DNA of 64,000 nt from Paraspadella gotoi. Its lineage: Eukaryota > Animalia > Chaetognatha. The notes under the pieces were generated by a model that worked only from the letters and a program-made list of their open reading frames with translations, was not told the origin of the DNA and did not search any database. Made by a program: the position numbers and the translations under genes. Each line of letters begins with the position of its first letter. Position 1 is the stretch's first letter. The stretch is from assembly GCA_051294375.1 (NCBI GenBank), contig CM119264.1, positions 6,698,730 to 6,762,729 of the forward strand, in the 5' to 3' direction. This document shows positions 51,067 through 64,000 of this stretch, piece after piece.

Positions 51067-51447
51067 CTTTTAGAGCGGAAATATAAAATCAATTAGATGA
51101 CAGATGGACAATTTTCATTTTTAATTAACTAACGGACAGAGTTAGAGTTAAAGATCTATATGAAGAAAAATTTTTTTAAGATTAAAAAAGTNNNNNNNNN
51201 NNNNNNNNNNNNNNNNAAACTTTTTTTACCATTTTACATTCGTACAATTGTTTGAAAGGGCGAGTTTCGTCGTACCAAAGACTTATATGCGGGTCAGTAA
51301 ACACAGGTAAGGCAGACATGGACTTGGACCGATGGACCCTTTGTATGCCAGAAGAAAGTCTTCCGAAGGTCAAACATACGTAACTAGTTTCGTCGCGCAA
51401 TATGGATATGGATATCATTTTCCTGGTCGCATAAGCTACGTCCATTC

Positions 51448-51575
51448 GTCACGTGCGCGGCCGTTCTGGTGAATTGATTCTCTTCAAGTCACGTGGACGA
51501 ACGTTCTTTTGGGTTGATACCGCCCAGGTCACGTGCGCAGTCGTCTCCGTGTTTTACGTCTAAGTGACCCGCGCG
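51448..51575. repeat. Three GTCACGTG cores at an exact 40-bp period (degenerate minisatellite or E-box cluster)
   Basis: GTCACGTG starts at 51448, 51488 and 51528, with a degenerate fourth unit near 51564. Confidence 0.7.
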
Positions 51576-52256
51576 ACCGCGAATCGCATGCGCAAAAGCC
51601 TTGAAACTTGAAAACCCAAAATTTGTTTCCCTTCTTGTCTTGTTTACGTAAAATAATCTTCACTTCTTGACGACTGACGATTTTCAAGAGANNNNNNNNN
51701 NTGTTATTCTTAAAAGTATCAGCTTGTGTGACTAAGCGTCTTGGCTACGTAACGTTTCCTTCTGACCCCCTANNNNNNNNNNNNNNNNNNNNNNNNNNNN
51801 NNNNNNNNNNNNNNNNNNNNNNNNNNNNNNNNNNNNNNNNNNNNNNNNNNNNNNNNNNNNNNNNNNNNNNNNNNNNNNNNNNNNNNNNNNNNNNNNNNNN
51901 NNNNNNNNNNNNNNNNNNNNNNNNNNNNNNNNNNNNNNNNNNNNNNNNNNNNNNNNNNNNNNNNNNNNNNNNNNNNNNNNNNNNNNNNNNNNNNNNNNNN
52001 NNNNNNNNNNNNNNNNNNNNNNNNNNNNNNNNNNNNNNNNNNNNNNNNNNNNNNNNNNNNNNNNNNNNNNNNNNNNAGAGAGAGAGAGAGAGAGAGAGAG
52101 AAACTCTCGTTTCCAACAATGATGAAATTACGTACCTATCATATATAATGAATTTGCTCTTTATTAAAAACTTAATTGTGCTAAGCTGGAGTAATCATAT
52201 GGTAGCCTTTGGTGATATTTCCTCAGCCTCCCACCACGTCCCGTTCCTTCGCTCAC

Positions 52257-53308
52257 CCATCTGCCCGCCTGATTGTTGTGCAAGTTCATGAGGTATCGAA
52301 GGTCCTTGCCTTTCTCCACGGCGTCCACAAATTCTTTGGAGAATCTGAAAACGGAAGAGGGCGGCCTTATCGGTTAAAATGCTTGAAGAAAAGTTATCCG
52401 TTCCCTTTCTAAATTAACTCATTATCAATTAGTAATAAAAGACCTGTAGCCGAACTTGACGTTATCGGAGCAACCACCCCATTGCCAGTCCGGACCCGAC
52501 GGCGCTTGATCGTACTCGCAGGTGCACGTGTCGACGATCCCTTCGCTGCACCCGCGCGCCACAGCGTGCGTCACGGCACCCGCGGTTATGGCGTAAACGA
52601 AGGCCGTCTCTCTGCAGCCTGGGGCGGAGGAGATGAGAATTGAGCAGAGAGTTGGAGAGAGGAGGAGGAAAGGGTAAGCAAAAAAATATATTATGTGTGA
52701 TATCTATTTGCAAAACTGGGGCAGGAGGTAATATAACATTGTGTTGTATGGATGCTCCCTATATTTCCAGAAGACAAAACACGCAAAATGAAAGAAACAA
52801 ATAACCAGGAAAAATGGCAGCGATAAGGAAGCAATGATGAGAGTAAAGGAGTAAAAGGTAGGTTAGGGAAGTTGGAGTGTCGTCAGTAAAGATAAGGATC
52901 AAAAAAGATAAAGAAACATTATCCTCGCATTCTTCATTCTCTCACCATAAAGTTTCTCCAACTCACAACTCACCAGATCTTAATATCTTCCCGAAGACGG
53001 ACTCCCCTCGTCCACTGTGCTGCGTCGAACAATTCCACCGTCGACTCCGGAACTGGAATTTACATTCGGAGATCGCCAGCTTGGCGCCTTTGACAACGGC
53101 CCAGAGCGCTCCTAGTGGGTGGAAGGTTGGTAAGCTGATTTAGATCCATGGTGGGAATTACAATTTTCTTTTTCTTTCTTTTTCTTTAGGGTATCTTGAG
53201 TAATTTAATATACCAATTTGTCTATTTATTTGATATTTATCATTCAATCATATGCTTATTCATTTTTTCCCATCATTCTTTCGTTCCTTCTTTCTCAACT
53301 TATGTGCG

Positions 53309-53346
<38 letters not shown>

Positions 53347-53365
53347 TATTTTCTTTTTTCTTTTT

Positions 53366-53460
<95 letters not shown>

Positions 53461-53722
53461 ACCCGCGTTTTTCTTGACGAGCCTCCGCTGCTTCCGGTTG
53501 AGCGGCTGCGTCGCCGGGTCGATGTAGAGAGAACCCGATTCTCGACCGACATAAGGATAAGGGTAGCCTGTTTGGGGGGTAGAAAAAAAGTAAGAAAGAT
53601 AGAAAGATAATTAGGGAGATAGAGAGTAGGAAAGAAGAAAAGGGAAAACATATATCAAGATGATAAAAGAGGAGGACAAAACAAAAGTGGAGGAAAAACG
53701 GAGGAAAGGAAACGCAGAAGAT

Positions 53723-53792
<70 letters not shown>

Positions 53793-53916
53793 GAGAGAGA
53801 CAGAGACACCAAGAGATGAGGACAGAGAATCACTTATCTTCGTTTAGGTGTTTGAGAGAGAGACAGAGACAGGGAGAGAGCGAGAGAAAGAGAAGGAGAG
53901 AGACGAGAGAGGAGAG

Positions 53917-53958
<42 letters not shown>

Positions 53959-56314
53959 GAGAACGGTGCTGGCCGAAATTATCCTAAAAACGATGAAAAC
54001 TCGTAACCAAATAAAAAAAAGTAATCAAACAATTTTTCATAAAGTTCTTTGCAATCAAGTAGTAATTAGTAATTCGTAATTTTAATTTTCTTTACAAGGG
54101 AATGACTTGAAAGAAAAGTAGAAGAGTCCTCACCCGAATTGGCTCGTCCGGGATATCCTCTGTGATTGTTGCGAGAGGCGAGTTGGGGGTTTCGAGGGCG
54201 AAGGGCGTTGGTTGCAGGGGGGCGGGGGGCGGCGGCTGGCGACTCGAACGACGCCTCCTTGTGATAGGCGCCGGGCCCAACGTGATTTGCCATGCCCCTG
54301 GCGGAGAAAGAGAGAAAACGAGGTTGAGGTGAAGGTAGGGGATAAAACGACGAGGTACATTTTATATTCGCTCTATGAATAACTAAACGAAAGGCTACGG
54401 AAAATGGAAAGATGATGGTTTGAAGTAATTATTGAAGGTACAACTGATAAAAGAAAATCCGCACTAAAGATAAAATTAAATATGGAAAATAGTGTCTAAA
54501 AATAAACGGACCTGAGCGAGGTAAGGAAAAAAGAAACATTTATAAGGTGAGAAGATAGAAAATATTTATAATAGTAAACTGTACCAATTATTTGAATAAA
54601 AAAAGGATAAATTTAATTATATAGATCATAGAGTAGTGAAAAAGTTCATGCAAAGATTGCCCCGATTTTTTACAACGCGCTTAAGTTTATTGTATATATT
54701 GAGAAGTAGAAGAAGCAAGTATTAAAGTTGAAGAAAGCTTGCTAGCACAAAGCAGTAGTAGAAAAAGTAGTGGTAGAAGTACTATAGTAGTAGTAGTAAA
54801 TGTAGTAGTAGTAGTATTAGTTGTGGTAAAAGTTCCTCAACATTACATCCGGAGAATTTAAATGTACATTTAAATTCAACCCTACCTAAGATAACGTAGG
54901 GCGGGCGAGTTACGGGGGGAAGGGGAGGAGGAAGAGGAAGAGGAGATCGAGTTGATGGAAAATTTATAGGAGGAGGAAGAGGAAGAGGATGAAAAGGAGG
55001 AAATGGAAGGAGAGAAGGAGGAAGGCGATGATGAGGAGGAGGCCACAGAAAAGAGACTCCTGAGGGAAAGAGGGAAAGGAAGTTCACTTGTCATTGTAAC
55101 AGTTAAAATCAACTAAACTAATTTGAAAAGGAAAGAATGATCTCCAATGTGGGATTCATTGATTTTATTGATTTATATAACTTTTAGCTTCCTCGCTATT
55201 TGTGCACGTATGACGCAATAATTTCTGAATTCCAGGATATAATTTNNNNNNNNNNNNNNNNNNNNNNNNNNNNNNNNNNNNNNNNNNNNNNNNNNNNNNN
55301 NNNNNNNNNNNNNNNNNNNNNNNNNNNNNNNNNNNNNNNNNNNNNNNNNNNNNNNNNNNNNNNNNNNNNNNNNNNNNNNNNNNNNNNNNNNNNNNNNNNN
55401 NNNNNNNNNNNNNNNNNNNNNNNNNNNNNNNNNNNNNNNNNNNNNNNNNNNNNNNNNCGCGTCTCACAAATTGGATTCTGTCGAGAGTCACGCCGTCAAG
55501 ATGAGAAAGAGAATTCGAGAAATCGTTTAACTTAATAATAAATAATAATAATGATATTATTTTTATATGTATTCCCTACGGTTTTAGGGTATAAAAGTAA
55601 GGACTGTGTTCTGTTTCTAGTATTTAAGTTAATCCCCCCCCCAAAAAAGCAGGGATTACATTAAAAAACAAATTTGTCGTAAGAATGAAATCGATTCAAG
55701 CTCCCTATAAAGAGAGAGATATCAAAGAAAAACATACATAGTTTCATCCTCGTTTTTTCTTGTTTTGTCCGCTTAGTTTTTCTGTTTTGTCCGCTTAGTT
55801 TTAACGTATATCGTTTTGTTTCCAGCTGTTATTTTGTCGGCGAAAAAAACAACGAAATGTTTTGAGGATAAAACTTTTTAAAGAGAAATAAATCGTTTTT
55901 TTCTTTTTCGCTCTCGAAACTTTTTGTGAAGCCGCCATGTCTGAGTGAGAAAGAGTTTTCAAACTAACTCTTCTCCTTATAAAGTCACATGAAGCCGTTA
56001 CAAACTTTTGACTATTTACAATTACTGGAATTTGAAAGATTGATTAATTTATTTTATCCTAGTTATTTGCGATTTATTTAATCATCCATTCTTTACTGAT
56101 TAACACTGAAACGATGGACCAAGTTTATTCTAGAGATTAGGGTCGAGAATCCGGTGGTGAATCTCGGCCCGAGTAAAGTCGGAAAAGGTCAGCGACAAAT
56201 TCAGTTTTAATTCCGCGTTTTTCGACTCGACATTTCAAGTTTTTCGAAAGATTTCGACCACACCATGAATGTATAAATATCTCTTTGAAAACGCAATTTG
56301 TGTTACTCCCAAAT

Positions 56315-56350
<36 letters not shown>

Positions 56351-59300
56351 AGGCCGGCGGCGATCGGAAACGTCACAACGGGTAAAGCGCCGGGAAACCG
56401 GGACGCATGCCAACGGGGCGGCGAGCGGGAGCGGCGCTGGCGGGCGGCGGGCGGCGGCGGGCGGTCTGCTGCTTAACCCGACGATCGTAAATATCGATCT
56501 CGCTTTTCTCGATGATGGAGAAAAAAGGCAAAAAGAAAAAGAGGTGGTCGATACTTTGCCTCTCGACTCCGCGGGCCTTCGTTGTTTTTTCGTACGGAAA
56601 TAAGGTGGGCCACCTTAGAGATAATCATAGTCATCGAGAGAAAGAAGACCGCCCGAGGGCGGAAAGAGAAGACGAGAAAGAGAGAGAGAGAGAGCAGGAG
56701 AGAGAAGAGAGAGAGAGAGAGTGAGAGAGAGAGAGAGAGAGAGAGTTAAGCCCCAAAGATAATTGAGCGAGGAGGTCGGAATCCTCAATGAAGATCGCTC
56801 GATGCGACATGGGTGGCCGCAAACGAGGGGGTATGACTGGGGGTAAGGGTTGTGAGAGAGAAAGAGAGAGAGGAGAGAGAAGAAGAGAGACGAGGTCGCC
56901 GTCCACGCTAGCCGCGCTTCGACGGATTGTAGAGGGCGGCTGTGACTCTCAGCAGCACTGAGACGGACTGAGGAGACCGAGGAGGAGATGTGCGTAATGG
57001 AGGGACGACGACACTCGAGGAGTATCCTGTTGTGTGGGTAGCTGGGATTGCCTCCAGAGGGGCGGGGAGACGATTGAGTGACGACGGACGCGGCGCGAGG
57101 AGCACCGTTAGTCAAGACGTTGGGTTTCATATTTTATGTGAAGATAAAAAATATTTGAACGACTTGCTTAATAACTATAGAATGGCTTTTCTTGGACAAA
57201 AAAACAAAGAAACACACGAAAAGAGCTCTCTACATACTTCTAAAGGTCTTCTTTTGCAAAACCACTCTCCTTTCCTCCCTCACTTCCCTCTCTGTATTTT
57301 TTTTGCCCTGCACTATAATCCTCACTTACTTGTCTCTCTCAGCTCCTTCTCCCTCTCTCTTTCTTTGCCTTATATTTCTTCTTCCTTCCTTTCTCCCTCT
57401 CTTCCTCCGCTTTCTTTCTTCTTCCTGGCATTGAGGTTTACGTTTGAGAGACGCAAGAGGTCCAGTCGCGCTAGTTTCTTTTGTAATGATAAAACGTCGG
57501 CAGGCTTCCTCTCCATCGGACCTCGCTCCGCGTTCGCCACAAATCGCTTTTTCTCCTGTTATAAGGGGAAAAAGAGCTTTTTCTTTATCGACTTTTTTAC
57601 ATCTCCCAAGAGTTCTTTACTTTTCTTTAACAGCTTTTTACTATCCATCCGGGCCACTTACTTAATTTTCGATAAAGTCCCACCCCACCTTCTTGGCTCT
57701 TTCTTCCCCCTCTTAAACCCTCTGCTAGCTCCTTTCCACCGCCCAAACAGTGCAAGGGAGGATAGTGTTTCCAATGGCGGCCCTCCATCCTCCAGGTGCC
57801 TCGCTTTTCGTAGTTGTCTCGTGGCAGGCTATGCTGCCTTCGCTCCGCAGTAGGGTTGGTGGAATAAAAACGTTAAAAGTGCATCATCAAAAGAGAAAGA
57901 CAGAAAGAAAGAAAGCAAAAGAAAGATCAAGAAAGAAAGAATAAGCAAAGAATAAGAAAGAAAGAAAAAAGAAACTCTAAGAAAGAAAGAAAAAACGGAA
58001 GCAGCGAGGGAAATAAAACTAATAAAAATCAAGTAGCAAAAAAACCAGCACCCAGTTTGTCGTCATGGTGCAGCTTCAACGGCGCAGTCGACGAAGTGCT
58101 CGCGGTGCAGCAGCTAGCAGAATCCATTCCGCCTTCGACGGACCCTTCTTTCACTTGAAACCCCGAAGCGGAATCGTCATGTGAGAGAAATCGACGCGTG
58201 AACCGAATTCTGTCCGCAACATCGGGCGGCTGTTAGGAACCCTTCGAGGGAGGTTAGAAACATGAGTCAAGAGAGAGAAGAGTAAGAGAAGAGTAAGAGA
58301 AGAGAGGAGAAGAGGAGAGAAGAGAAAGCAAGAGATAGAGAAGAGAAGAGAAGAAAAAAGTTAGAAATAGCTGTCGCCACGATTACTGGCGCTATCTCTT
58401 CGCGTTCCACTTTATCTTTTTTGAAATGACGCCATCGCCCGGCCCCAGGCGCCCCAGGTTGAAAGCGGCCGTCGGTCGGCGTGTCGGTGGAAAACCGGAA
58501 GTGACGCACATCGAGCGCACTGCGGGACTGAAAGAGTCAAAGAGAGACGGCTTCGGACGACAACTATGAACAGAAAAATTCCAGATCATCAAAAACAAAA
58601 AAACGATAATTACAGCTCAAATAGACGAAACAAAACATCGGATTCATGTTCTATAAGAGCAAAAGGAAAAACTCGTGTGCGGGAATACACAACAATTTAA
58701 AGAGAAAGAGCAACGAAGCCATTGTTCGACAAAGGACGACGCCCAAATCTGCGACAATTGTGGCATTATTGCACATATTATGCAAGCATATTCTTTACAT
58801 ACCCCATATCTGGCCGAGATTTCGGCCAAAGGACGGCGCCTCCGACTGGCGAAGTGCTTTTGGCGATAGTCGAAAATCTTTGATCCATTTTCGGGAGTCT
58901 CACTTCTCGATCAGCCATCAATTGACGCGAATTGTGAGCCATTTCGATTTCGTTCTTACTCGAGTGCGCTTTTCGTGCGTCTTCTTAACTCGGATATGCA
59001 NNNNNNNNNNNNNNNNNNNNNNNNNCCCGCCTCAAACTCATTTCTCATTTTTAACCAACGAACAATTGATTTCCCCGCAGGAAGGTACTATTCTTTTTTA
59101 TTTGCCTTACCTCATTTGCGCTGCCGTATGAACGTATTCGACGTTTCCGAATTTTCTACCAACGAAACTCACCTGTTTTTTATTCTGCAACGAATACTCA
59201 CCAATCAGCGCTTCCATCTCATATTAGCACGGCGCCACTTACTTTGCACAATCTTTAATCCTTCTCGTTCACATTACTCAATTCTCAAAGCGCCATTTTC

Positions 59301-59522
59301 CTCGTCTTCCACCCTCACAACTCCCACCTGTCACTCAGTCCTCTATCCGCCACCCAAACCACCCCCTCAGCCCCCCCTCACTCACCACCACTTTCCCCTC
59401 CAACGATTCTTTCCCCTCCCTCTGCGTTTAGACGTCGCTTTGGCGTCGCCCTCCGTGTTCGACGCCGTCGTCATCACAGTCAACAGAAACACGTAGGACA
59501 TCAAAAGGTTCACGGGTCTCAT
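52257..59522 (-). CDS. WNT1: Wnt1/wingless, 5' exons 1-6 (59386-59522, 54134-54297, 53463-53567, 52974-53111, 52444-52618, 52257-52344)
   Basis: Signal peptide [21 protein letters not shown], then [18 protein letters not shown]; [14 protein letters not shown]; [16 protein letters not shown]; [27 protein letters not shown]; [12 protein letters not shown]; [22 protein letters not shown]. All junctions are GT-AG and phase-compatible; with exons 7-9 the CDS is 1299 nt (432 aa). Confidence 0.92.
53315..53460. repeat. (TTTC)n microsatellite abutting the Wnt1 exon 3 donor
   Basis: Seen directly in the sequence. Confidence 0.95.
53723..53961. repeat. Compound (GA)n microsatellite in Wnt1 intron 2
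   Basis: Seen directly in the sequence. Confidence 0.9.
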
Positions 59523-60806
59523 TTTCGATTCGAGTCCGCGCTGGGGAGGGGGTTCCGCCAAGGGTGTCGAAGGGTTTCGAGGATTTTAAGTTTCCGTAGG
59601 TTCGTAGGTGCACCACAGGTTTCAAGGGTTTCGTAGACTTTTTCGTGGTTCGTTTCGTGAAAAACTTTTTTTTTATTTGCGTCGTAAGTTTTTCCGTTTT
59701 TGTTTTTCTTCTCGAATTTTCAGTCGTAAGAATTTTTTGGACGTCATCGACGACGACGCAAAGTGGTAGGAGGAGGAGGAGGAGGAAGAGAAAGGAGACG
59801 CAACTATGTGGTGAAGAGAGGATTTACTCCTTTCCGGTCGGAAGACGGCGCCCGTCGACGAAAGACGCCCAGTTTTTATTTTTCTATTTTTTTATTTATT
59901 ATTTCACGTCGCATCCATTTCACGCGCGCATTTAGTGGCGCGCGCATGCGCCTAAAAAAAGGGGGCGGCGTCGTCTTCCTCAGCGCTGTGAGTACATTAG
60001 AGTGACGTCGGAAAAAAAAATAGGCGCGACTTAATGAACACGGCGCCGTAAGATCAAACGACGCCGTCGATGCTGGCCGGCGTCGAAAAAAACAAATCGG
60101 CGTCGATTCGAAAAAAAAGAGGGAATCGTTCGATGTCGAGAGAGCGAAATGCGAGTGATTTTTAAATGGGTGGGCGTGGCTGCTGGTTTGTTGAAGACGC
60201 GATCCTTGAGAAGACGATTTTCAAGTTTATGCTCGTTTCCTGAGTCGAGGTGATGAAGGGTTAAAGAAAAAATTAATTTCAAGGGGATGGAATCAAAGAT
60301 AAGAAAAATATATATTTTTTTTAAAATCTTATGAAGGAAAAAAAATAAAAACGTTTATACTTATTAAGAAAAATATGATGAAAAAAGTGAGTGTTCTCTT
60401 CTTTCTTCTCAAAGTTGCCCACGACGACTTTAGAGGAGGAAGAAAACTTCTTCTTCTTCTCTTCGCCGACGCGAAACTCCGAGAAAAAGAAAAAAAGAAA
60501 GAAAGAAAAAAAAAGGAACACCAAATGGAGATCGAAGTCGATTGGCCGCTTCAAAGGAAACAGCGATGCCGACCCGATCTCTTCCTCGCCGCCCGCCTCC
60601 TCCCTATTCCATTGGGGGGCCCAACATAGTCTAGATCCTCTTCCATCCTCGGTTCTCGGCGAGTGTCATCCAGTGTCAGTGTTCCGAACTCATCGTCGTC
60701 GTCGTCGTCATCGTCGACGTCGTCGTTCGTCGCTCTTCCCGCGAGCCGAAAGGTCCCGTCGGGGTTTTCTCTCTCTCTCTCTCTCTCTCTCTCCATCTCT
60801 CTCTTC

Positions 60807-60855
<49 letters not shown>

Positions 60856-62100
60856 GTCAGCGGCTCGCGGATTTTCGAGTCTCTAAAAACGGAACCCAAA
60901 TCCCTGTTTATGTGCGAATCTTGTTTTTTGTTTGTTTTCCTTTTTTTTTTAATCCTACCTTTTTTTCCCCCTTTTCTTTGTTCTTCGTCTTCTCGTTATT
61001 TTTTTCTTGTTTTATTTTTTTTCCTTCGGTCTTGAGGTTTACTTTTTGTTCTTCCGATGTTCGTCAACTTTGTTCGCGTGGGTCGTTCGTCTTTTCTTTT
61101 CGACGTCACGTGACTTAATGTCTCGGACAAATCGTTTCCGATGTCGCGGTTGAGAATCGAATTTTAAGACTCAATTTCCTCTTCACTGTTCATTTGTTTT
61201 TTTCCTCCCCCGAATTNNNNNNNNNNNNNNNNNNNNNNNNNNNNNNNNNNNNNNNNNNNNNNNNNNNNNNNNNNNNNNNNNNNNNNNNNNNNNNNNNNNN
61301 NNNNNNNNNNNNNNNNNNNNNNNNNNNNNNNNNNNNNNNNNNNNNNNNNNNNNNNNNNNNNNNNNNNNNNNNNNNNNNNNNNNNNNNNNNNNNNNNNNNN
61401 NNNNNNNNNNNNNNNNNNNNNNNNNNNNNNNNNNNNNNNNNNNNNNNNNNNNNNNNNNNNNNNNNNNNNNNNNNNNNNNNNNNNNNNNNNNNNNNNNNNC
61501 GTCAACAAATCCTAATTGAGACAACCGCCTTTATTCTTTTTTCGACGATCTTTCTTTCTTTCACTTTCCTTCTCTTCGGATGTCTTTCTGTCTCGTATTC
61601 TGTTTCTTCGCTTCTTTTTTTCTTTGNNNNNNNNNNNNNNNNNNNNNNNNNNNNNNNNNNNNNNNNNNNNNNNNNNNNNNNNNNNNNNNNNNNNNNNNNN
61701 NNNNNNNNNNNNNNNNNNNNNNNNNNNNNNNNNNNNNNNNNNNNNNNNNNNNNNNNNNNNNNNNNNNNNNNNNNNNNNNNNNNNNNNNNNNNNNNNNNNN
61801 NNNNNNNNNNNNNNNNNNNNNNNNNNNNNNNNNNNNCTTCCTTCTTTCGCTGTCATTTCCTTTTTTTTCTTTTATAACTGTCACTGTCTTTCTTTCTCGG
61901 TTTCTTTCTTTCTTTCTTTCTTTCCTTCTTTCTTTCCCCGGGCCAGGGGGGAGGTTCGAAGGAGGGAACGTTTAAATTTGAGGGCAGAAGACCCAACCTT
62001 GGATGCTGAGGCCTCCTAACCGAATTGGATGCGTTTACGACGTCGGCCGAAGTCGAGTTGAAAACTCGGAGGTGGAGATCAACGGGATCGTCGAGACTCG

Positions 62101-62680
62101 GTTTTGCCGGGACAGAAAAAGCTTTTTGCTGGAGACATAAAATTGTTTTTGCCAGAGACAGAAAAGCTTTTTGCTGGAGACATAAAATTGTTTTTGNNNN
62201 NNNNNNNNNNNNNNNNNNNNNNNNNNNNNNNNNNNNNNNNNNNNNNNNNNNNNNNNNNNNNNNNNNNNNNNNNNNNNNNNNNNNNNNNNNNNNNNNNNNN
62301 NNNNNNNNNNNNNNNNNNNNNNNNNNNNNNNNNNNNNNNNNNNNNNNNNNNNNNNNNNNNNNNNNNNNNNNNNNNNNNNNNNNNNNNNNNNNNNNNNNNN
62401 NNNNNNNNNNNNNNNNNNNNNNNNNNNNNNNNNNNNNNNNNNNNNNNNNNNNNNNNNNNNNNNNNNNNNNNNNNNNNNNNNNNNNNNNNNNNNNNNNNNN
62501 NNNNNNNNNNNNNNNNNNNNNNNNNNNNNNNNNNNNNNNNNNNNNNNNNNNTTTGGGAAACAAGGTTTTGCAGTGAAGAAAATAGTTTTGCTGGAGTCTG
62601 ATTTTTTTCCGGACAGAAAAAGGTTTTGCCGGGATAAAAAAAGGTTTTGCAGGAACAGTTTTGTCGGGACCGAAAAAGGA
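62101..62680. repeat. Minisatellite of ~21-23-bp subunits spanning an N gap
   Basis: Units like ttttgccgggacagaaaaag and tttttgctggagacataaaattg occur on both sides of the 62197-62551 gap. Confidence 0.8.
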
Positions 62681-64000
62681 TGACGAAAGATTAATTATAA
62701 GATTTTATAGTAATGGGAGATTGAATTTGGGCAAAATGTAACGGGTTTTTGCGTTTTTTACCACTAATTATCTTATGAGGCATTGAATCTTGCATGACAT
62801 CCACTCTTTAAGCAGCGAAGACAGAATGAAATCCGTCTTAGTTTTGACAATCTCCTTTCTGTTTTTAAAAAAATAATAGTTAAGCTTTAAAGAAATACAG
62901 TCTCTACTTCAAACCACGCGAACTGTCGATTTCATGAAACTTTTTCGATAGTTTTATGTCCTAAATGTTTTTAAACAGAAAGTTTAACCGACAAAAAAAA
63001 AAACCCTCTGTCCATCCTAGTGACAAGAGTAAGCGCGAAACTTCGCCGACACTGAGAACCCTTCGCCGCCCCCCCTCCCAAAAAAAAAAACAAAAACTCG
63101 AACCATCTCGCTTTTTCTTTTTCTCTTTTCTCTTTCTCGTAGCTTTGGCACTATTTCTTTTTCTTAAGTAGTTTTACGCATAAGAAGCTTCGTAAAATCG
63201 TAAAACGCCACAACCGACCGTAAAAAGGGGAATAATTTGTGTTATTTGGGCGAAGAACATTTTTATCGCGGGGAAGGAAATGAGGCCTTGGATCGAGACG
63301 TGATTTCGACTCGGATNNNNNNNNNNNNNNNNNNNNNNNNNNNNNNNNNNNNNNNNNNNNNNNNNNNNNNNNNNNNNNNNNNNNNNNNNNNNNNNNNNNN
63401 NNNNNNNNNNNNNNNNNNNNNNNNNNNNNNNNNNNNNNNNNNNNNNNNNNNNNNNNNNNNNNNNNNNNNNNNNNNNNNNNNNNNNNNNNNNNNNNNNNNN
63501 NNNNNNNNNNNNNNNNNNNNNNAAGATCGATTTTGGCCTCAACGCTTCTTAGTTTTTTTAGTTTCTTTGTTTCTTTCCTTTTTGGTTTTTATTTTTGTTT
63601 TCTTGTTGCCAGGGGAGGCAGTATAGATCCTAATTATTTTTCCGGAAGACAGAAAATAAAATCGCCAATGAAATTCTTACGAGATTCCGGTGTTCGCTGA
63701 AATATTATTTTGTTTAGACACGGTTATTTTAAATTATCTGGAAGAAATTTATTGCATTCGCTTTGATGATTTTTACTCACTCCACTCATCTCTTTTTTTT
63801 CCCCACCGCCATTAGACGGTCACCCAGAATGTTGATTTGTTTTTAAGTGTAAAGAAATTATACTCTAATCAAGCAATAAATAAAAAAATATCTAACAATT
63901 TAAACTCGTTCTGCACAGGTAAATATTTTTCTCGGACGTTCCGCTTTCGTTCACATTCTTTCTTAAGTATCATTTACGGCGCTAATTTAGGAGAATTACT

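Larger units (their letters stand above)
38305..51191 (-). repeat. Copy 3: direct copy of about 24430-25502 (38305-39375), then inverted copy of about 12620-24280 (39376-51191); probable assembly artefact
   Basis: Colinear with the original. Error rate climbs to raw-long-read level by 48-51 kb and the copy ends at a 25-N gap (51192-51216). Confidence 0.92.

Noticed and set aside
51448-51575. CRISPR-like array
   Set aside because: Only an 8-11-nt core, three units, spacers related to each other, eukaryotic context and no cas genes.
56615-57853. Long ORFs in Wnt1 intron 1 (171 aa on -, 287 aa on +)
   Set aside because: Low-complexity, pyrimidine-tract-driven sequence with no recognisable domain; the real Wnt1 first exon is at 59386-59522.
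59523-60560. TCF/LEF autoregulatory sites upstream of Wnt1 (ATCAAAG near 60292, TTCAAAG near 60550)
   Set aside because: Too few and too short to exceed chance without conservation data.
61164-63626. ORFs spanning N runs (also at 26.0-26.5, 51.7-52.3 and 55.2-55.5 kb)
   Set aside because: They are open only because Ns contain no stop codons.

Overview
Intron-rich animal (metazoan) genomic DNA from a gappy draft assembly. It has GC/CpG-rich exons, AT-rich introns and many (GA)n/(CT)n tracts. Four genes are supported. (1) The 5' end of a secreted or cell-surface Ig-domain gene on the - strand (exons 2074-2347 and 359-556), which continues off the left edge. (2) A single-exon, divergent tetraspanin ORF (6705-7859, +). 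(3) A complete 17-coding-exon CNOT4/Not4 gene (11267/11297-19314, +). (4) A complete 9-coding-exon Wnt1/wingless gene (- strand, ATG 59522 to stop 21681) lying tail-to-tail with CNOT4. Wnt1 intron 6 contains about 26 kb (25.5-51.2 kb) of inverted, indel-riddled copies of the CNOT4/Wnt1 3' region. These copies are bounded by 25-N gaps and are most likely long-read fold-back or gap-filling artefacts. The most unusual signal is a tRNA-Gly-derived SINE-like repeat (three copies near 3.15, 4.57 and 9.56 kb). Its body folds into a circularly permuted (type-P5) twister ribozyme-like structure, with a pairing-preserving double change in the T1 pseudoknot between two copies. P1 and P2 are weak, so activity is untested. 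All exon boundaries and structures were read by eye; no database search was run.
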